Part shown: positions 1 to 13,900 of the stretch, piece after piece
Layout of the letters: each line of letters starts with the position of its first letter
How positions within the stretch are numbered: the first letter of the stretch is position 1
Assembly: GCF_963921235.1 (NCBI RefSeq)
Contig: NC_086108.1
Span: 48,672,001-48,736,000 of the forward strand
From: Mobula hypostoma
Taxonomy: Eukaryota
Length of the DNA: 64,000 nucleotides
Direction of reading: 5' to 3'
Position numbers and translations under genes: made by a program
The notes under the pieces: model-generated
Database searches by the model: none
Seen by the model: the letters and a program-made list of their open reading frames with translations, nothing else
What the model was told of the DNA's origin: nothing

Positions 1-559
1 AAAACCATGGGAGTCGTTGGAAAAATAGATATTAGATATCAACTTACACCCCCAGCACAAAAAAGAAAAAGAAACAAACCTTGCAAACCCCGAAACCCCC
101 AGAGAGAAAAATAAGCAACAATAACATCAAATTCCCAACTCCCTCCCCTGCTGAAAAACATCAGCAATAACATCAAGTCCACAACCCCCTCCTCCTCAGA
201 AAAGAAGAGCAACAATACCATCAAAACTTCTGACCCCTCACTCATACATAAAAACTAACAGATCGCCCACACAGAAAACACCATGAATATCAGACCCTAA
301 ATCCCCAAACCCTCCCTCTCACAAAAACAAACATATTGACCACCTGCAGATCGGCCACAAGAAAGAAAACACCAAAAAACTGAAGACCAATATAAATTAC
401 AGTCCAATAATCACATAAATCTCAGAATATCGCAAACCTTGTCCCGTCAGCATTCCAGGAAAGCAGTCGGATGAACTCAGTCCTTCAAAAATGAGCAGGC
501 GATGAAGTTAAGTGAGGCAAATTGTGGGGATGTCATGCTTACTATCACCGTGTTCTGTG

Positions 560-770
560 GTAAATCGCATTCAGTACTCTTGAGTCAAAGGTTTGAGTTC
601 ACGCCTGTTCCAAGAACTTGAAGACTAAAATGTTGTAACACTTGAATATAATGGCAAGAGTGTGGTCTACTATCAGGGATACCATCTGTCATCTTGTGGG
701 TGGATATAGAAGACCCCTGAACCTATTAGAAAAAGGAGAGTTCTCCCAATGACCTCCACCGCAAGCAGAA
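560..770 (+). mobile_element. Old Deu-domain SINE fragment (SacSINE1/AmnSINE1-like)
   Basis: gagtc..ggtttgagttc head, ggtggatatagaagacccc and ggagagttctccc motifs; highly decayed. Confidence 0.45.
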
Positions 771-1084
771 ATTAGATTTGTGCGAACTTGAACCATAGAT
801 CATTCACAGATTAACTAAGCATGACACCAAGGATCAGAGTTGATACACCGATTTTAAAAAAGAATTTCTGAGCTAACACACACAATATCGCTAGCTTCTG
901 TTTCAATGATCAGTAATAGGGAAATCAATTCACTGAAGGTTCCCTTATTGATTAACTATTTTTGTTCAAATCACTCGACCCTTTAACAGTCTTCTCCTCG
1001 CAGTGGCTCCAGTGGTCAAAGCTAAAATAAAATAGCAACTAAGTATCACATGCAGCTCCTTATAGGAAGAACACATCCTATTTG

Positions 1085-1700
1085 ACACTTGCTTGTAGAC
1101 AAAATGCAGCAACGCTGCTTTTAATATATGAAATGACCCAATTATTGCTGTTGGAAATAAATATTACGCAATAAAACCCTGAGTACGGTAGACAGAGGGA
1201 TCTGGGAATACAGGTACATAATTTGTTGAAAGTGACATCACAGGTAGATAGGGTCATAAAGAAAGCTTTTGGCACATTGGTCTTCATGAATCAAAGTACT
1301 GAGTACAGGAGATGGGATGTTATATTGAAGTTGTTTGAAGTATTGTGTGTAGTTTTGGTCATCTACCTACAGGAAAGATGTAACCAAGGCTGAAAGAGTA
1401 CAGAAAATTTACAAGGCTGTTGCTGGGTCTGGAAGACCTGAGTTATAAGGAAAGATTGAATAGGTTTTGACTGTATTCTTAAGAATGTAGAAAATTGAGA
1501 GATTTGATAGAGGTATACAAAATTATGAGGGTATAGATAGGGCAAGCAGGCTTTTTCCACTGAGGTTGGATGGTTCTACAACCAGAGGTCATTGATTAAG
1601 GGGGAAAGGTGAGAAGTTTAAGGGGAACATGAAAGGAAACTACTTCACTCAGAAGGTCGTGAGAGTGTGGAATGAGCTGCCAGTACAAGTGGTAGTTGAT
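1085..1700 (+). mobile_element. CR1-type LINE 3' fragment
   Basis: gagtacaggag..., gatttgatagaggtatacaaaattatgaggg and ttcactcagaaggtcgtgagagtgtggaatgagctgcca, typical of CR1 ORF2 C-terminus. Confidence 0.8.
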
Positions 1701-1838
1701 CCTTGCTCTCAAGGTTCATCCTTACTCTATGCTAATTGAACTAAATTTAATCAAAATAACAATTGGCCTTTATTACCTTGGATTACACCTCCTTTACCAT
1801 AAACCTTTTCTTCTTTTGTGCAGTTAGAAGTAAATAAG

Positions 1839-1926
1839 ATGGCTAATCCTCAAAATCTCATCACATGGCGAACAATCCTTTTAACAGTATCATCGCTTAG
1901 CTTGCTAAAAGTGATCGAAACTCAAG
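1839..1926 (+). CDS. PRG4: PRG4 first coding exon, signal peptide [29 protein letters not shown](D)
   Basis: Polypyrimidine tract and cag acceptor at 1821-1823, ATG at 1839, phase-1 donor G|gtaagt; resembles human MAWKTL...SSQD. Confidence 0.85.
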
Positions 1927-4900
1927 GTAAGTGATGGATATGAAATAACGTTAACAACAAAATGATTTCATTAAGTTTTTAAGATTGCAGAGATAAAGAC
2001 ATTGGGGCACTTTTGCTACAACAGAGTTGTATTGCTCCACTTAGGCAAGATAAAAAAACAATTATTATTATTACATACAACTATAATATGTCAGAAACAG
2101 CCCCAAATTATAATGCCCCAGAACTCAAATCACCTATTACAGTGCTCCGAACACCCAAAACTGGACAACACATTGATGTTCCAAATTACAAATTAATATT
2201 CAATTTTTGACTCCCGTGCTTTCTGACATATCAGTCAACCAGAAGATAACTATTTGCAAAGTGAATAAGTATTAAATTGAGGCCACAAAAGTTTTCCCAA
2301 TGAGTTCAAGAGAAAGCATATATGGTACCTTTTCATTTATGACCCAGCAATTGCTTTGCGGGCAAGTTTTTCATCCATCTTGACAAAGATTCCTCATGTG
2401 CTAATCATACTTGTGAGATGAAAGTGAGCTTAAACATCAGCCATCATTCATCATTTATCAGAACACATTGAACTTGAATAAATGCGACAACTTGTAAATA
2501 CTACTGAAAACAAAAAATATACTGAATTGCAAGTCAGATAATGCCTACAATATAATCAGAAATAGATTTTCCATATTCAGAACCACACGCAGATTCAGTT
2601 CATGCCTTTGTACTATTCTTGTTATAGTCGTGCAAAATATCTCAGGGCAGGTGTGGCATCAGAAGCAGTTCACCTGAAATCTCAGACATCAAGGTATCAT
2701 CATGAGACAAAGATAATTGATTGCTGGAAGTGAGAATTTACATTTATTGCCAGATATCAATCGCTCTCCATAGTTCTCTGTGGAGGTCTCTGTAAAAAAC
2801 CTAACCCTCGATTCCCTTTAATTGATCAAGCAATTCCCAAACAAAACCAGTTTACAAAACAGTTCACAAAATGAAGGCTGCAGAACAGTCTCACAAAATG
2901 GCAGCTCCATTCCTTCAACCACATGGCAAGAATAGAGACATTTGATTTGTCTACTTCCACACTCCCCAACTTGTTCCAGTTAGATCTTTTTCCCCACATT
3001 TTAATTCCTTCATGGCCACCATCCCTCAACCTAAATCAGGAGTGGTGAAAGAGTAGTAGAATGGGGCATCCTGTATGTCCAATAGATGATCGACATCCCT
3101 AATGGACAAGGATACCACAGTTGCGGTGACACCTTACAACTCCAGCCACCCTGGTTCAATGCCCACCTCCAGTGCCCTGTGTATGGAGTTTATCTGCTCT
3201 TCCAATGACACATAGGTTTCATCCACGTACTCCATTTCCTTTCCAAAGGCACTGTAAATGAAGCCCATGGGGATGTGGCAAGAACAAGATACAAGGAAGT
3301 ATTAGATTCATACAGAACAGAGTCTTCGGCCCACTACATCCATGGCAATCTTTTTTTCCCATTGCACTAATCCCAATTTCCTGCATTAGGTTCATACCAT
3401 TGCATTACTTACCCATGTGTGTCTATATGCTTCTTGAATGCAATTGTTGCATCTGATTCTACCACATTCTCAAGTAGCACTTTCCAGATATCAACCACTC
3501 TTTATAAAATACTCAGCCCTCAGATTACCTTCTAAGCTCCTTCTGCTCACCTTAACCCTCTGCCCTCAGTTTTGATACACCACCATGGAAAATGATTTTA
3601 ACTACACTATCCATGTCTCCCATAACCTCTTATCTATAATAATCAGGCCACCCCTCAGTGTCCTCCAGTCCAGGAAAACAAGCCCAGTCTCTCCCCATAA
3701 CTAAAATCCTCCAACGTCCTGGTGAATCTCCTCTGCACTCTCCCTTCACAATTCACATCCTGTCTTATAGCGAGGCAACCAGAGCTATATATTACAATAC
3801 ACCAAGAAAGGCCTAACCAGTGTTTGGTAAGGTTGCAACATCCCAGGTTTCACATTACATGCCCTGACCTATGAATGCAAGCAAGTCATCTACCTTTTCA
3901 TCACCCAGCAACCTAAACTGATATTTACAGGGAACTGCTTGGGATCTCCATTCAACACTCCATAATATCCAACTGTGTAGGATTGGATATTTCCTATCCC
4001 ATTTGACTTCCCCAAAATACCTGTACATAGTGTGTGTGTGAGAGAGAGAGAGGGGGGAAAGGGGGGAGTGAGGGGGGAGAGAGTGAGGGGGGAAGAGTGA
4101 AGGGGGAGAGTGAAGGGGGAGAGGGAGAAGGAGACACACAGACGGGGGAATGAAACAATTGCAAAAATAGAGGAATATGGGGAATGAGATTGCTCTGTAC
4201 ACTGACCTAGACACAAAAGGCTGAAATATCCTCCTCATGTATCATAAGTTTATTATAATAAAAAGGATAAACAAATTGGAGTATCATAATGGCGGGAATG
4301 TTTGATACACTATAGAGAAAGAAGTCTGACAAGTCTGCGCACAGAGATATCTGACCTACTGGAGATTTCCTGACCAACTTCAGTAGTTGATTCCCAAACA
4401 AGACAGAGTCCCTTTGCCTCATGCTAAATCAAGCCTTCACCCTCCTCGGGCTGGTGAAGGGTCTCAACCTGAAACATTGAGTGCTTATTCCCTTCCACAG
4501 ATGCTGCCTGACTTGCTGAGTTCCTCCAGCACTTTGTGTGTATTAACCAACTAAATAATCTTCATGTTAGGGCTTCTGCATTTCCCTTTTTATTCCTTCT
4601 ATTGTCTTCTCAGTTTTCAATTTCTCTTTCTTTCCTTTTACCTAGTACACAACATGGGACAAAATGTCAGAGAGTCATAATCATAAAGCACTACAACACA
4701 GAAACAAGCCCTCCAACCCTTCTACTCCAAACTGAACTTTTCTTCCACCTAATCCCATTGATTTACACCAGGACCATTGCCCTCCATACCGCTCCCATCC
4801 ATGTACTAATCAAAACTTCTCTTACATGGTACAATCAAACCCACATCCACTGCCAGCCCATTCAAGTCAAGTTTATTGTCATTAACTACATATATGTATA

Positions 4901-7900
4901 TAATGTATATAACTATAAAATGTATTTAGAAACGAGACGTTTCTTCGAACCAGTGCGTTAAGTACAGTAGTATACATAACACAATGTCTTATGAAGGTGG
5001 CATAAAATCTACAGATGAATCGCACATAAATAACAAACAGAAATGCATTAATTTTTTTTAATGGAAGGTACGGAACAGATTAACCAGTGACATTTTGATA
5101 CAATGCGGCTGGGAGCTCAGAAGCCTAATGGCCTGGGGAAAGAAACTGTTTCTCATCCTGACCGTTCTTGTTTTTATGCATCGTAGTCTCCTGCCTGATG
5201 GTAGAAAGTCAAAGAGGATGTTGGATGGATGGGTGGGATCCTACAGAGGAGCCATGTATTTGCAGAGGGCAGAAGGGGATGGTTTGTCTGTACCTTCCTA
5301 AAGTCCACAATGATTTCCTTTGTCTTCTCCCCATTTTTCTGACTGAAGAAGTTCCCCTACATGCTCCCCTTAAACATTCCACCTTTCACCCTTAACCCAT
5401 GACCTCTAGTTCCAGTCTTAACCAACCTCAGTGGAAAAAATAACCTACTTGCATTTACCTCATAATTCAGTACAATTCTATCAAATTTCCCCTCATTCTC
5501 CAATGCTCCAAGGAATGAAGTCCTAACCCTATTCAACCTTTACCAAAAACTCAGATCCTCAAGACCCAGCAACATCTTTGTAAATTTTCCCTGCACACTT
5601 TCAATCTTTCCTGTGGGTAAGTGACCAGAACTGCACGCCATACTCCAAATTAGCTGTCACTGGTGTCATATGGAACTTCAACGTAACATCCCAACTTTTG
5701 CACTCAAGACTTTTATTTATGAATACCGATGTACAAAAATCTCTCATTATGACCCTACCTGTGAGGCAAGGAATTATGATCTGTAGTCACAGATCCTTAT
5801 GTTCCACCACACTCCTCAGTACCCTACCATTCACTGTGCAAGTCCTACCCTGATTTATTCTCCCAAAATGCAACACCTCACACTTATCTTCATAAAATTC
5901 CATCTGCCATTTTCAGCACGTTTTTCCAACTGGCCCAGATACCACCACAAGCTTTAATTGCCTTCCTCTCTGTCCACTATGCCTCCAAACTTGATATCAT
6001 CTGCAAATTTGCTGATCCAATTTACCACACTATCATGCAGATCGTTGATATAGATGACAAACAACAATGGACCCAGCACTGATCCCTGTGGCTCACCATT
6101 AATCACAGGCCCCCAGGCGGTGAGGCAAACATCTACTACCACTCTCTGACTTCTCCCCAAAGCCAATGTTGAATCCAATTGACTACCGCATCCTAAATGC
6201 CAAGCAATTGAACCTTCTTGACCAGCCACTCATGCGGGACTTCGTCAAAGTCCTTGCTAAAGTCCATGTAAACAATGTCCACTGTTTTTCCTTCATCAAA
6301 TTTCCTGGTAACCCCCTCAAAAAAAACTCTATAAGATTGATCAGACACCACCAACCACACACAAACCTATCCTAATACTTACATATCCAGTCCCTTCGAA
6401 TACCTTCTAATAACTTACCCACTACCGATAACAGGCTCACCAGCCTATCGTTCCCCATCTTATTCTTAGAGTCTTTTTTGAACAACAGGACAACAGTTGC
6501 TATCCTCCAGTCCTCCTTCTTCTCACTCGTAGTTAAAGACATTTTAAGTAGCTTTGTCAGGGCCCCTGCTATTCCTACACTGGCCTCCCACAAAGTCCAA
6601 GGAGACACCTCGTCAGTCTCTGGGGACTTTTTTTTTACCCTAATTTGCTTCAATACAGCAAGCATTTCCTCTTCTCTAATCGGGATTCAGTCCATGAATT
6701 TACGACTGTTTTGTTTCAGTTTTACAGACTCTGTGTCTGTCTCCCAAGTAAATCCAGACACAAAAAAATCCATTCAAAATCTGCCTCATCTTTTTTAGCT
6801 CCATGAGCAGATGACCGCACTGATCTTCAAGAGAACCAATTTTGTCCTTTGCTATCCTTTTGCTCTTAATATATCTGTAGAAATCCTTGAGAGTCTCCTT
6901 CACTTTATCTTCCAAAGCAACCTCATGCCTTCTTTCAGCCCTCCTGATTTCCCTCTCTTGTGTTTCTTGTATTTCTAATACTGAAGTGCCTCATTTGTTC
7001 CTGTCTCCCTATACCTGCTTTGCACCTCCTCCTTCTTCTTAACCAGGACCTCAACATCCCTTGAAAATCAAAGTTCACTAAACCTCATAGTCTTGCCTTT
7101 TATTCTAACAGGAACATACAAAATCTGTACTCCCACTTACAAAGAATCCCTTTGCCAGAAAACAACCTGTCCAAATGCCCACTTGCCAGATCCTTTCTCC
7201 AATTTTGAATCTCAAACTGAGGACTAGTCCTATCCTTCTCCATTATTATCATGAAGCTATTGGAATTATGATCACCAGATACAAAGCGTTCCCCTACACA
7301 CACTTCTGTCATCTGTCCTGTCTCATTCCCTAAAAGGAGGTCCAGTATTGTGCTCTCTTTAGTTGGGACCCCTATATATTGATTGAGAAAACTTCCATGA
7401 ACACATTTGACAAACTCCAAACAATTCTTCTATAGTATGGGAGTTCAAATCAATATGTGGAAAGTAAAAATCACACCAACTATCACAAACTTATTTTCCT
7501 GCAACTGTCTGCGATCTCTCCAGAAATTTGCTCCACTACATACCACTGACTATTGGGTGGTCCATAATATAATCCCATTAACATGGCCATCCCTTTCACA
7601 TTCCTCATTTCCACCTACATAGCCTCAGTAGAAAAGCCCCCAAGTCTGTCCTATCTGATCACTGCCATGACATTTTCCCTGATGAGTAATGCCACCCCTC
7701 TCCCTTTAACAGTTTCCGCTCTATCAGGTCTAAAACCCTGTTAAATCCATGTCTGATTCTAAAAACTTTAAGAGGAAGATGGGTTCGGGGTGACGCTAAG
7801 CAGCCAAATATATTGGACTTTGTCCTTGACCATTAGAAATAGGAGCAGGAGTAGGCCATCTAGTCTTTCATGGATGCTCTGCCATTCAATAAGATCATAG

Positions 7901-10900
7901 CAGTGGACTCAGCTCCATCTACTTGCTTTTTCCCCATAACACTTAATTCTCCTGCTATGCAAAAATCTATCTAACAGTGTTCTAAGTATACCTAGTGAGG
8001 TCCCCTCTAATACCACATTGAGCAAAGAATTCCACAGATTCACTACTCTGGGAAAAGCAATTTCTCCTCAACTCAATCCTAAATTCATTGTCCAGAATTT
8101 TGAGGCTATAGCCCCTGGTTCTTGTCTCACTCACCAGTGGAAACAACTTTCCTGCCTCTACTTTATCTATCCATTTCATAATTTAATGTTTCTATAAGAT
8201 CCCCTCTCTCTCTCTTCTGAATTCGAGTGAGTATAGTCCCAGGCAACTCAATCTCTCCTCACAGGCTAACCTCCTCATCTTGGAAATCAGCCTGGTGAAC
8301 CTCCTCTGCACTGCCTCCACAGCCAGGATATCTTTCAAATAAAGAAATCAGAAGTGCACACAGCACTCCAGCTACAACCTCACCAGTACCCTACAGAGTT
8401 GCAGCATAATCTCCCTGTTCTCAATTTCAACCTCTCTAGCAATGAAGGCCGACATTCCATTTGCCTTCTTGATAACTTGTTATATCTGCAAACCAACCGT
8501 TTGCCATTCGTGCACAAGCACTCAAAATTTCCTCTGTACATGAGCATACTGCAATCTTTCACCATTTAAATAATAATCTGATCTCCTAAAATGACCAAAA
8601 CTCATTCTCGCACTACGTATTCCGTGAGTTTACTTCATATCCCATGACATCTTAGTCCCCCACCCTATCCACCCGCCCCAGCTTCGCCGTCACTCATCCC
8701 CCACCCACCTCCACTTCCCTTGAGACAGATGCAAAACACACCCTCTTTCAATCGTTTCTCTCCTCCCATTCCCCGCAATCTTTTTTCTTACATTTCACTT
8801 GAAGCATTTTACTTCTAAAAAACCGAATATTCGAAATGCATTACACGAGAAATGATGCCATTTTGCTGAATGTTCTGTCCCACCATTCGCGACTAAAGTG
8901 TCTAAAGTGCAGCCCCTCACCACCACACCCCCCATGTGAAAAGTACTTTTTTCTGGTTTCCAACGAGACGCAGGTGCCGCAGTCAGCTTCCTCCAAAAAC
9001 TCAGCCTCAGCACGAAGAAGCCCTGATGTTCTTAGTTTACACCGTGATCCTCGTAATCAGAGCGCCACTCTCCACCGGCAACACCCTTCTCGGAGCCTCA
9101 GTAATGCCCCCTGCCTGCCCCACCACCCGCTGGAAGCCCCGCTTTCTCTCCGTTCTTTCACTTGGGCAGTTGAGATGATACCTTAAGCCCCGCTGTTGTG
9201 AAACATAAAACATTTCGTCACCTCAAGAACTACCAACACAAAGCACAGAAAATGGGAAAAGCCGATTTTCAGTAGCCGCACATTCTCGAGCGAAATTCTC
9301 GAGCTCTTTATCAAAATAGCTATATCCAGAAAATGACTTAAAATCGGTGTAGAAATAGGTATAGGCAATTTCCGATTGATCTCGTAGAGTGCGTCTCGGT
9401 AAATTGGATCAATATTTGAAAGTCTTATTCATATCTGTTCAATTTGTTTTTATTTTTGTAAAATGAAGACAGTTGTAGCGGCAGATGTGCTTCCGGGTAC
9501 GACCGAAGCAGCAAGTGTAACTGTGACGGTGAATGTATTCGTTATGGTGAATGCTGCGAAGATTACAGGATCCTCTGCACGTCAGGTAACCAGCAGCCAC
9601 CGCGATCTCTTGGCAGTGTCATATAAACCAAGGGTGTAAGAGTGGCCTCATTTGTTCCTCTTTAATAGCTATGGATTTTTGTTAAGTACAGTCTTAATCA
9701 TATCGTTATTTCATGATCCTGATGAATAAAATGAATTGCTCAACCCTAAATTTTCTGGAGAATGCGGTAACCCATGTTGATGATCAACCAACCCCCAAGA
9801 GGCTTGGGCACATTTGTGTATCTCAACCATTTGGTTATTCATTATGCATATTGTTAGCAAGGTAGGAAAGTTTCACTAGTAAGTTTAATTGTGTCCATGC
9901 CCGAGGTAAAAGTTCAATAGTTGTGTTCATCCTAAACTTCCAGTACTATTCCAGCAGAGATGTAACGAAGATGTCTGACTCAGAACTATATCACTCTCAC
10001 CAGTCTACTGAAAGTAACCTTGTATTTCTACGCTCCTTTTACATTGCATTGTGTACCAAATCTGTTCTGACTCTGGACAGAAACCTCCTGTTCTGGACGC
10101 TGCTTTGAGCAACATGAGCGTGGACGGAAATGTCAGTGTGATCCTTCCTGCATGAACTACGGGGACTGCTGCTCTGATTTTGTTGCAAATTGTGGAAAAG
10201 GTAGGTTAAGGTCTCCTGGTGTGAAAATGAAGCTACAGATCTTTTGCTTTTCCCATTTTTCTGTGCTTTGTTTGTGTTGGTAGTTCTGGTAGTGCAGGAA
10301 CCTCAGTGTTGGATGAGCAAATGTTCCATGAGGAGCTTTATTCAGTAAGCAGCACAGAATAGTTTCAAAAATGTTGCTTAAACATGTTCAGATAAGTTAT
10401 TTGTCTTCAATTACTGGCAAATCTTTAAAAATTCAGTAAATTTCATTCACTCTACTGTAATTTTGAAGACAGATTAAGAAATCATTTCCCATTACAGCAA
10501 TATTTCTGAATTCCTGAATATGAATTCAAAAATATTGCTCCTGGTTGAATGGATTTATAGACTTGCTTTCAAAATAAAATTTTTAAAGATCAATTTCACC
10601 ATTTCTCTGTTCCTCATCTCTGACTAATGTTGCAACTTGCAATGAATGAACAGCATACGAAATAGGATGTGTATCATTGTTTTGGTTGAAGTTGCTTTTG
10701 CCCATGTGGAATATGATCATGACTATCTCTCTTGAACCTCTTCAAATACGCTGGCACTGATCTCTATCTAGACTCCTCACCAAGTTCCTGTATCTATTCT
10801 TCCCACCTTCATGCTTCGACAGAAAGCCATTCCTTTCCTCGGCTCCAATCAGTTTCCCTGCTAACAGCGATTCCTGTCCTTGATCCAACCTTGGTCTGGG

Positions 10901-13900
10901 TCACAGGTGCCACTAAATTCTGCTGGAGAAAACCCATGAACAAATTATTTCTTGGCATGCCTTCCAAGAACCTCTTAGCACAATTTAAAAGCCGAAGATC
11001 AATTTCTCGGCCACACTGTTTCCCTTTATTGTATTGCTGGCATAAGCTCTACCTTGATTATGAAAAGATGAAATTAAAACAATAAAATTTGTCATGGATC
11101 ATGACCTGTTATTACATATAATCACAGATATCTGGAAAAATCCTGCATTCGTGGCAACAACAAGAGCAAGTTTAGTGTTCACCAGCTCCACAAGACAGCC
11201 AACAGCAGAGAAACCAGAGTTTATCAATGATACATTGCTCCAACAAGATGCTGCCAACTTTTTGAATGATAACACAAAAATCAAAGAAGAATCCATGAAG
11301 CTAAGTATGGGGAAGCATTTATAACAAAATGAATGATTTTGTTTGCAGATTCTGGACTTTAACATATAATTGATTTATTTGATGGAGGTGCTTCATAATT
11401 AAAATGCATAATATTTTACAGTGTGCACAGGTTGCTTAACTTATAGGACAGGATGATCATTTTACAGAGGGCTAAGGATTGAGCAAAATTTCTCAAGATA
11501 CTTATCAAAACAAATCAGAGCTAATTCTAGGAAGGAGAGCGGATAGAGAAATAATTGGTAATGGTATCTTAACTAAAGGTCTGGAAATGGGTAAGGGGAC
11601 ACAGAAATAATAAGACCATAAGACAGTGGAACAGATTAGGCAATTCGGCCTTACAAGTATGCTCCGTAATTCCATCATGGCCGATTTTTCATCCCTCTCA
11701 ACCCCATTTCCCTGCCTTCTCCCTGTAACTTCTGATGCTCTGATTAATCAAGAACCAATCAACTTCTGCTTTAAATATGCCCAGTGACGTGGCCTCCACT
11801 GACATCTATAGCACTGGATTCCACAAATTCACTACCATCTGGCTAAATAAATTTCTTCTCATCTCTGTTCTAAATAGCATCCCTCTGGTCCTAGACGATC
11901 TCATTATAGGGAATATCCTCTCCACATGCACTCTATCTACGTCTTTCAATATCCAATAGATTTCATTGAGATTCCACTCTTTCTTCTAAACTCCAGCAAG
12001 TATAGACAGACCCAGACCCATCAAACACTCCTCATATGATAACCCTTCAAATCTTGGAATCATTCTTAAGAACTCTAGATCCTCTCCAATGTCAACACAT
12101 TTTTTCTAAAATAAGGGGCTCAAAACTGCTCATAATACTCTATGTACAGTCTGCCAAATGCCTTATAAAGTCTCACCATTATATCCTTGACTTTATATTC
12201 TAGTCCTATCAAAATGAATGTTTACATTGCAGTTGCCTTCCTTACCACTGAATCAGCCTGCAGATTGACTTTTAGGGAATTCTGCACTAGGAGGTGCACT
12301 GCTTATTTTTGAATTTTCTTCCCATTTAGAAAATAGTCCTTATTTCTTCAACCAAAGTGTATGACCACACTTCCCTACACAATATTCCATCTGCCACTTC
12401 TTTGACAATTCTTGCAATCTTTCCAAGTCCTTCTGTGGATTCCCAGCTTCCTCAACACTAGCTGCCCCTCCACCCATCTTTGTATTATCCGCAAACTTGG
12501 CCACAAAGCCATCAATTCCATTGTCCAAATCATGTGAAAAGAAGCAGTTCCACACACCAGCCTCTGAGGATCACCAGTTCTCACCAGCAGCCAACCAGAA
12601 AAGGCCTACTTTATTTCCACTCTTTGCCTCCTGCCTGTCATCCAATCGTCAATCCATGCTAGTATCTTCCTGTAATACTATGGGTTCTTAACTTATTAAG
12701 CAGCTTCATATGTGGCACCTTGGCAAAGGCTTTCTGAAAATCCAAGCAAACAACATCCATTGACTCTTCTTTGTCTATCCTGCCTGTTATTTCCTCAAAG
12801 AATTCCAACAGATTTGTCAGGCAAGATTTCCCTTGAAGGAAACCATCCTCACTTTGGCCCATTTTATCATGTGCTTCTGAGTACCCTGAAACCTCATCCT
12901 TAATAATGGACTCCAACATCTTCCCAACCACTGACGTCAGGCTAACTGGCCTATAATTTCCATTCTTTTCTGCCTCTTCCCTTTCTTAGAGTGAAATAAC
13001 ACTTGTAATTTTCCAGTTGTCTGGGATCATTCCAGAATCTAGTTTTCATTGAAAAATCATTACTAATGCCTCCACAATCTCTTCAGCTACTTCTTTCAGA
13101 ACCCAGGGGTGCAGACATCTGAACCAGGTGACTTATCTACTTTCAGACCTTTTAACTTCCCAAGCACCTTCTCCTCAGTAATAACAGCTACACTCACTTC
13201 TGCCCCCTGACACTCTTGAATTTCTAGAACATTGCTACAGTAAACTAGAACAGTGAAGACTGATGCAAAATACTTAAGTTTGTCCACCATTTCTTTGTCT
13301 ATCTTTACTACCTCTCCAGCATCATTTTCCAGCACTCCAATATCCACTCATGCTTCTTTTTTCACTTTTTATATGATCTGCAAAAAACTTTTGCTATCCT
13401 CTTTTATATTATTGGCTATATTGCCTTCATATTTCATCCTTTCTCTCCTTGCAGGTTTTAGTTGTCTTCTGTTGGTTTTTAAAAGCTTCCTAATCCTCAG
13501 AATTCCCATTTTTTTTTTTGCTATACTTTATGCCCTCTCATTTGCTTTTATTGTGTCTTTCTTATCCCTTGTTCGCCACAATTGTGTTATCCCTCCCTTT
13601 CAAATACTTCTTCATCTTTAGGATGTATCTATCCTGTGCCTTTTGAACTTCTCACAGAAATTCCGGCCACTGCTGCTCTGCCTTCATTCCTGCTAGTGTC
13701 CCTTTCTAAGCAACCGTAGCCAGATCCTCTCTCATGCCTCTGTAATACCCTTTACTCCACTGTAATAATGATACATCTGATTTCAGTTTCTGCTTCTCAA
13801 GCTGCAGGGTGAAATCTATCATATTATGATCACTGTCTCCTGAGGATTTTTTTATCTTATGCTCCCTAATCAAATCTGCTTCATCACAAAACACCAGATC

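Noticed and set aside
960..1080. PRG4 promoter or non-coding first exon
   Set aside because: An upstream exon is implied by the acceptor at 1823, but no convincing TATA/donor combination could be identified.
8795..9186. Short ORFs in the CpG-rich intron segment as a nested gene
   Set aside because: No recognisable domain or exon chain; longer ORFs are expected in GC-richer DNA.
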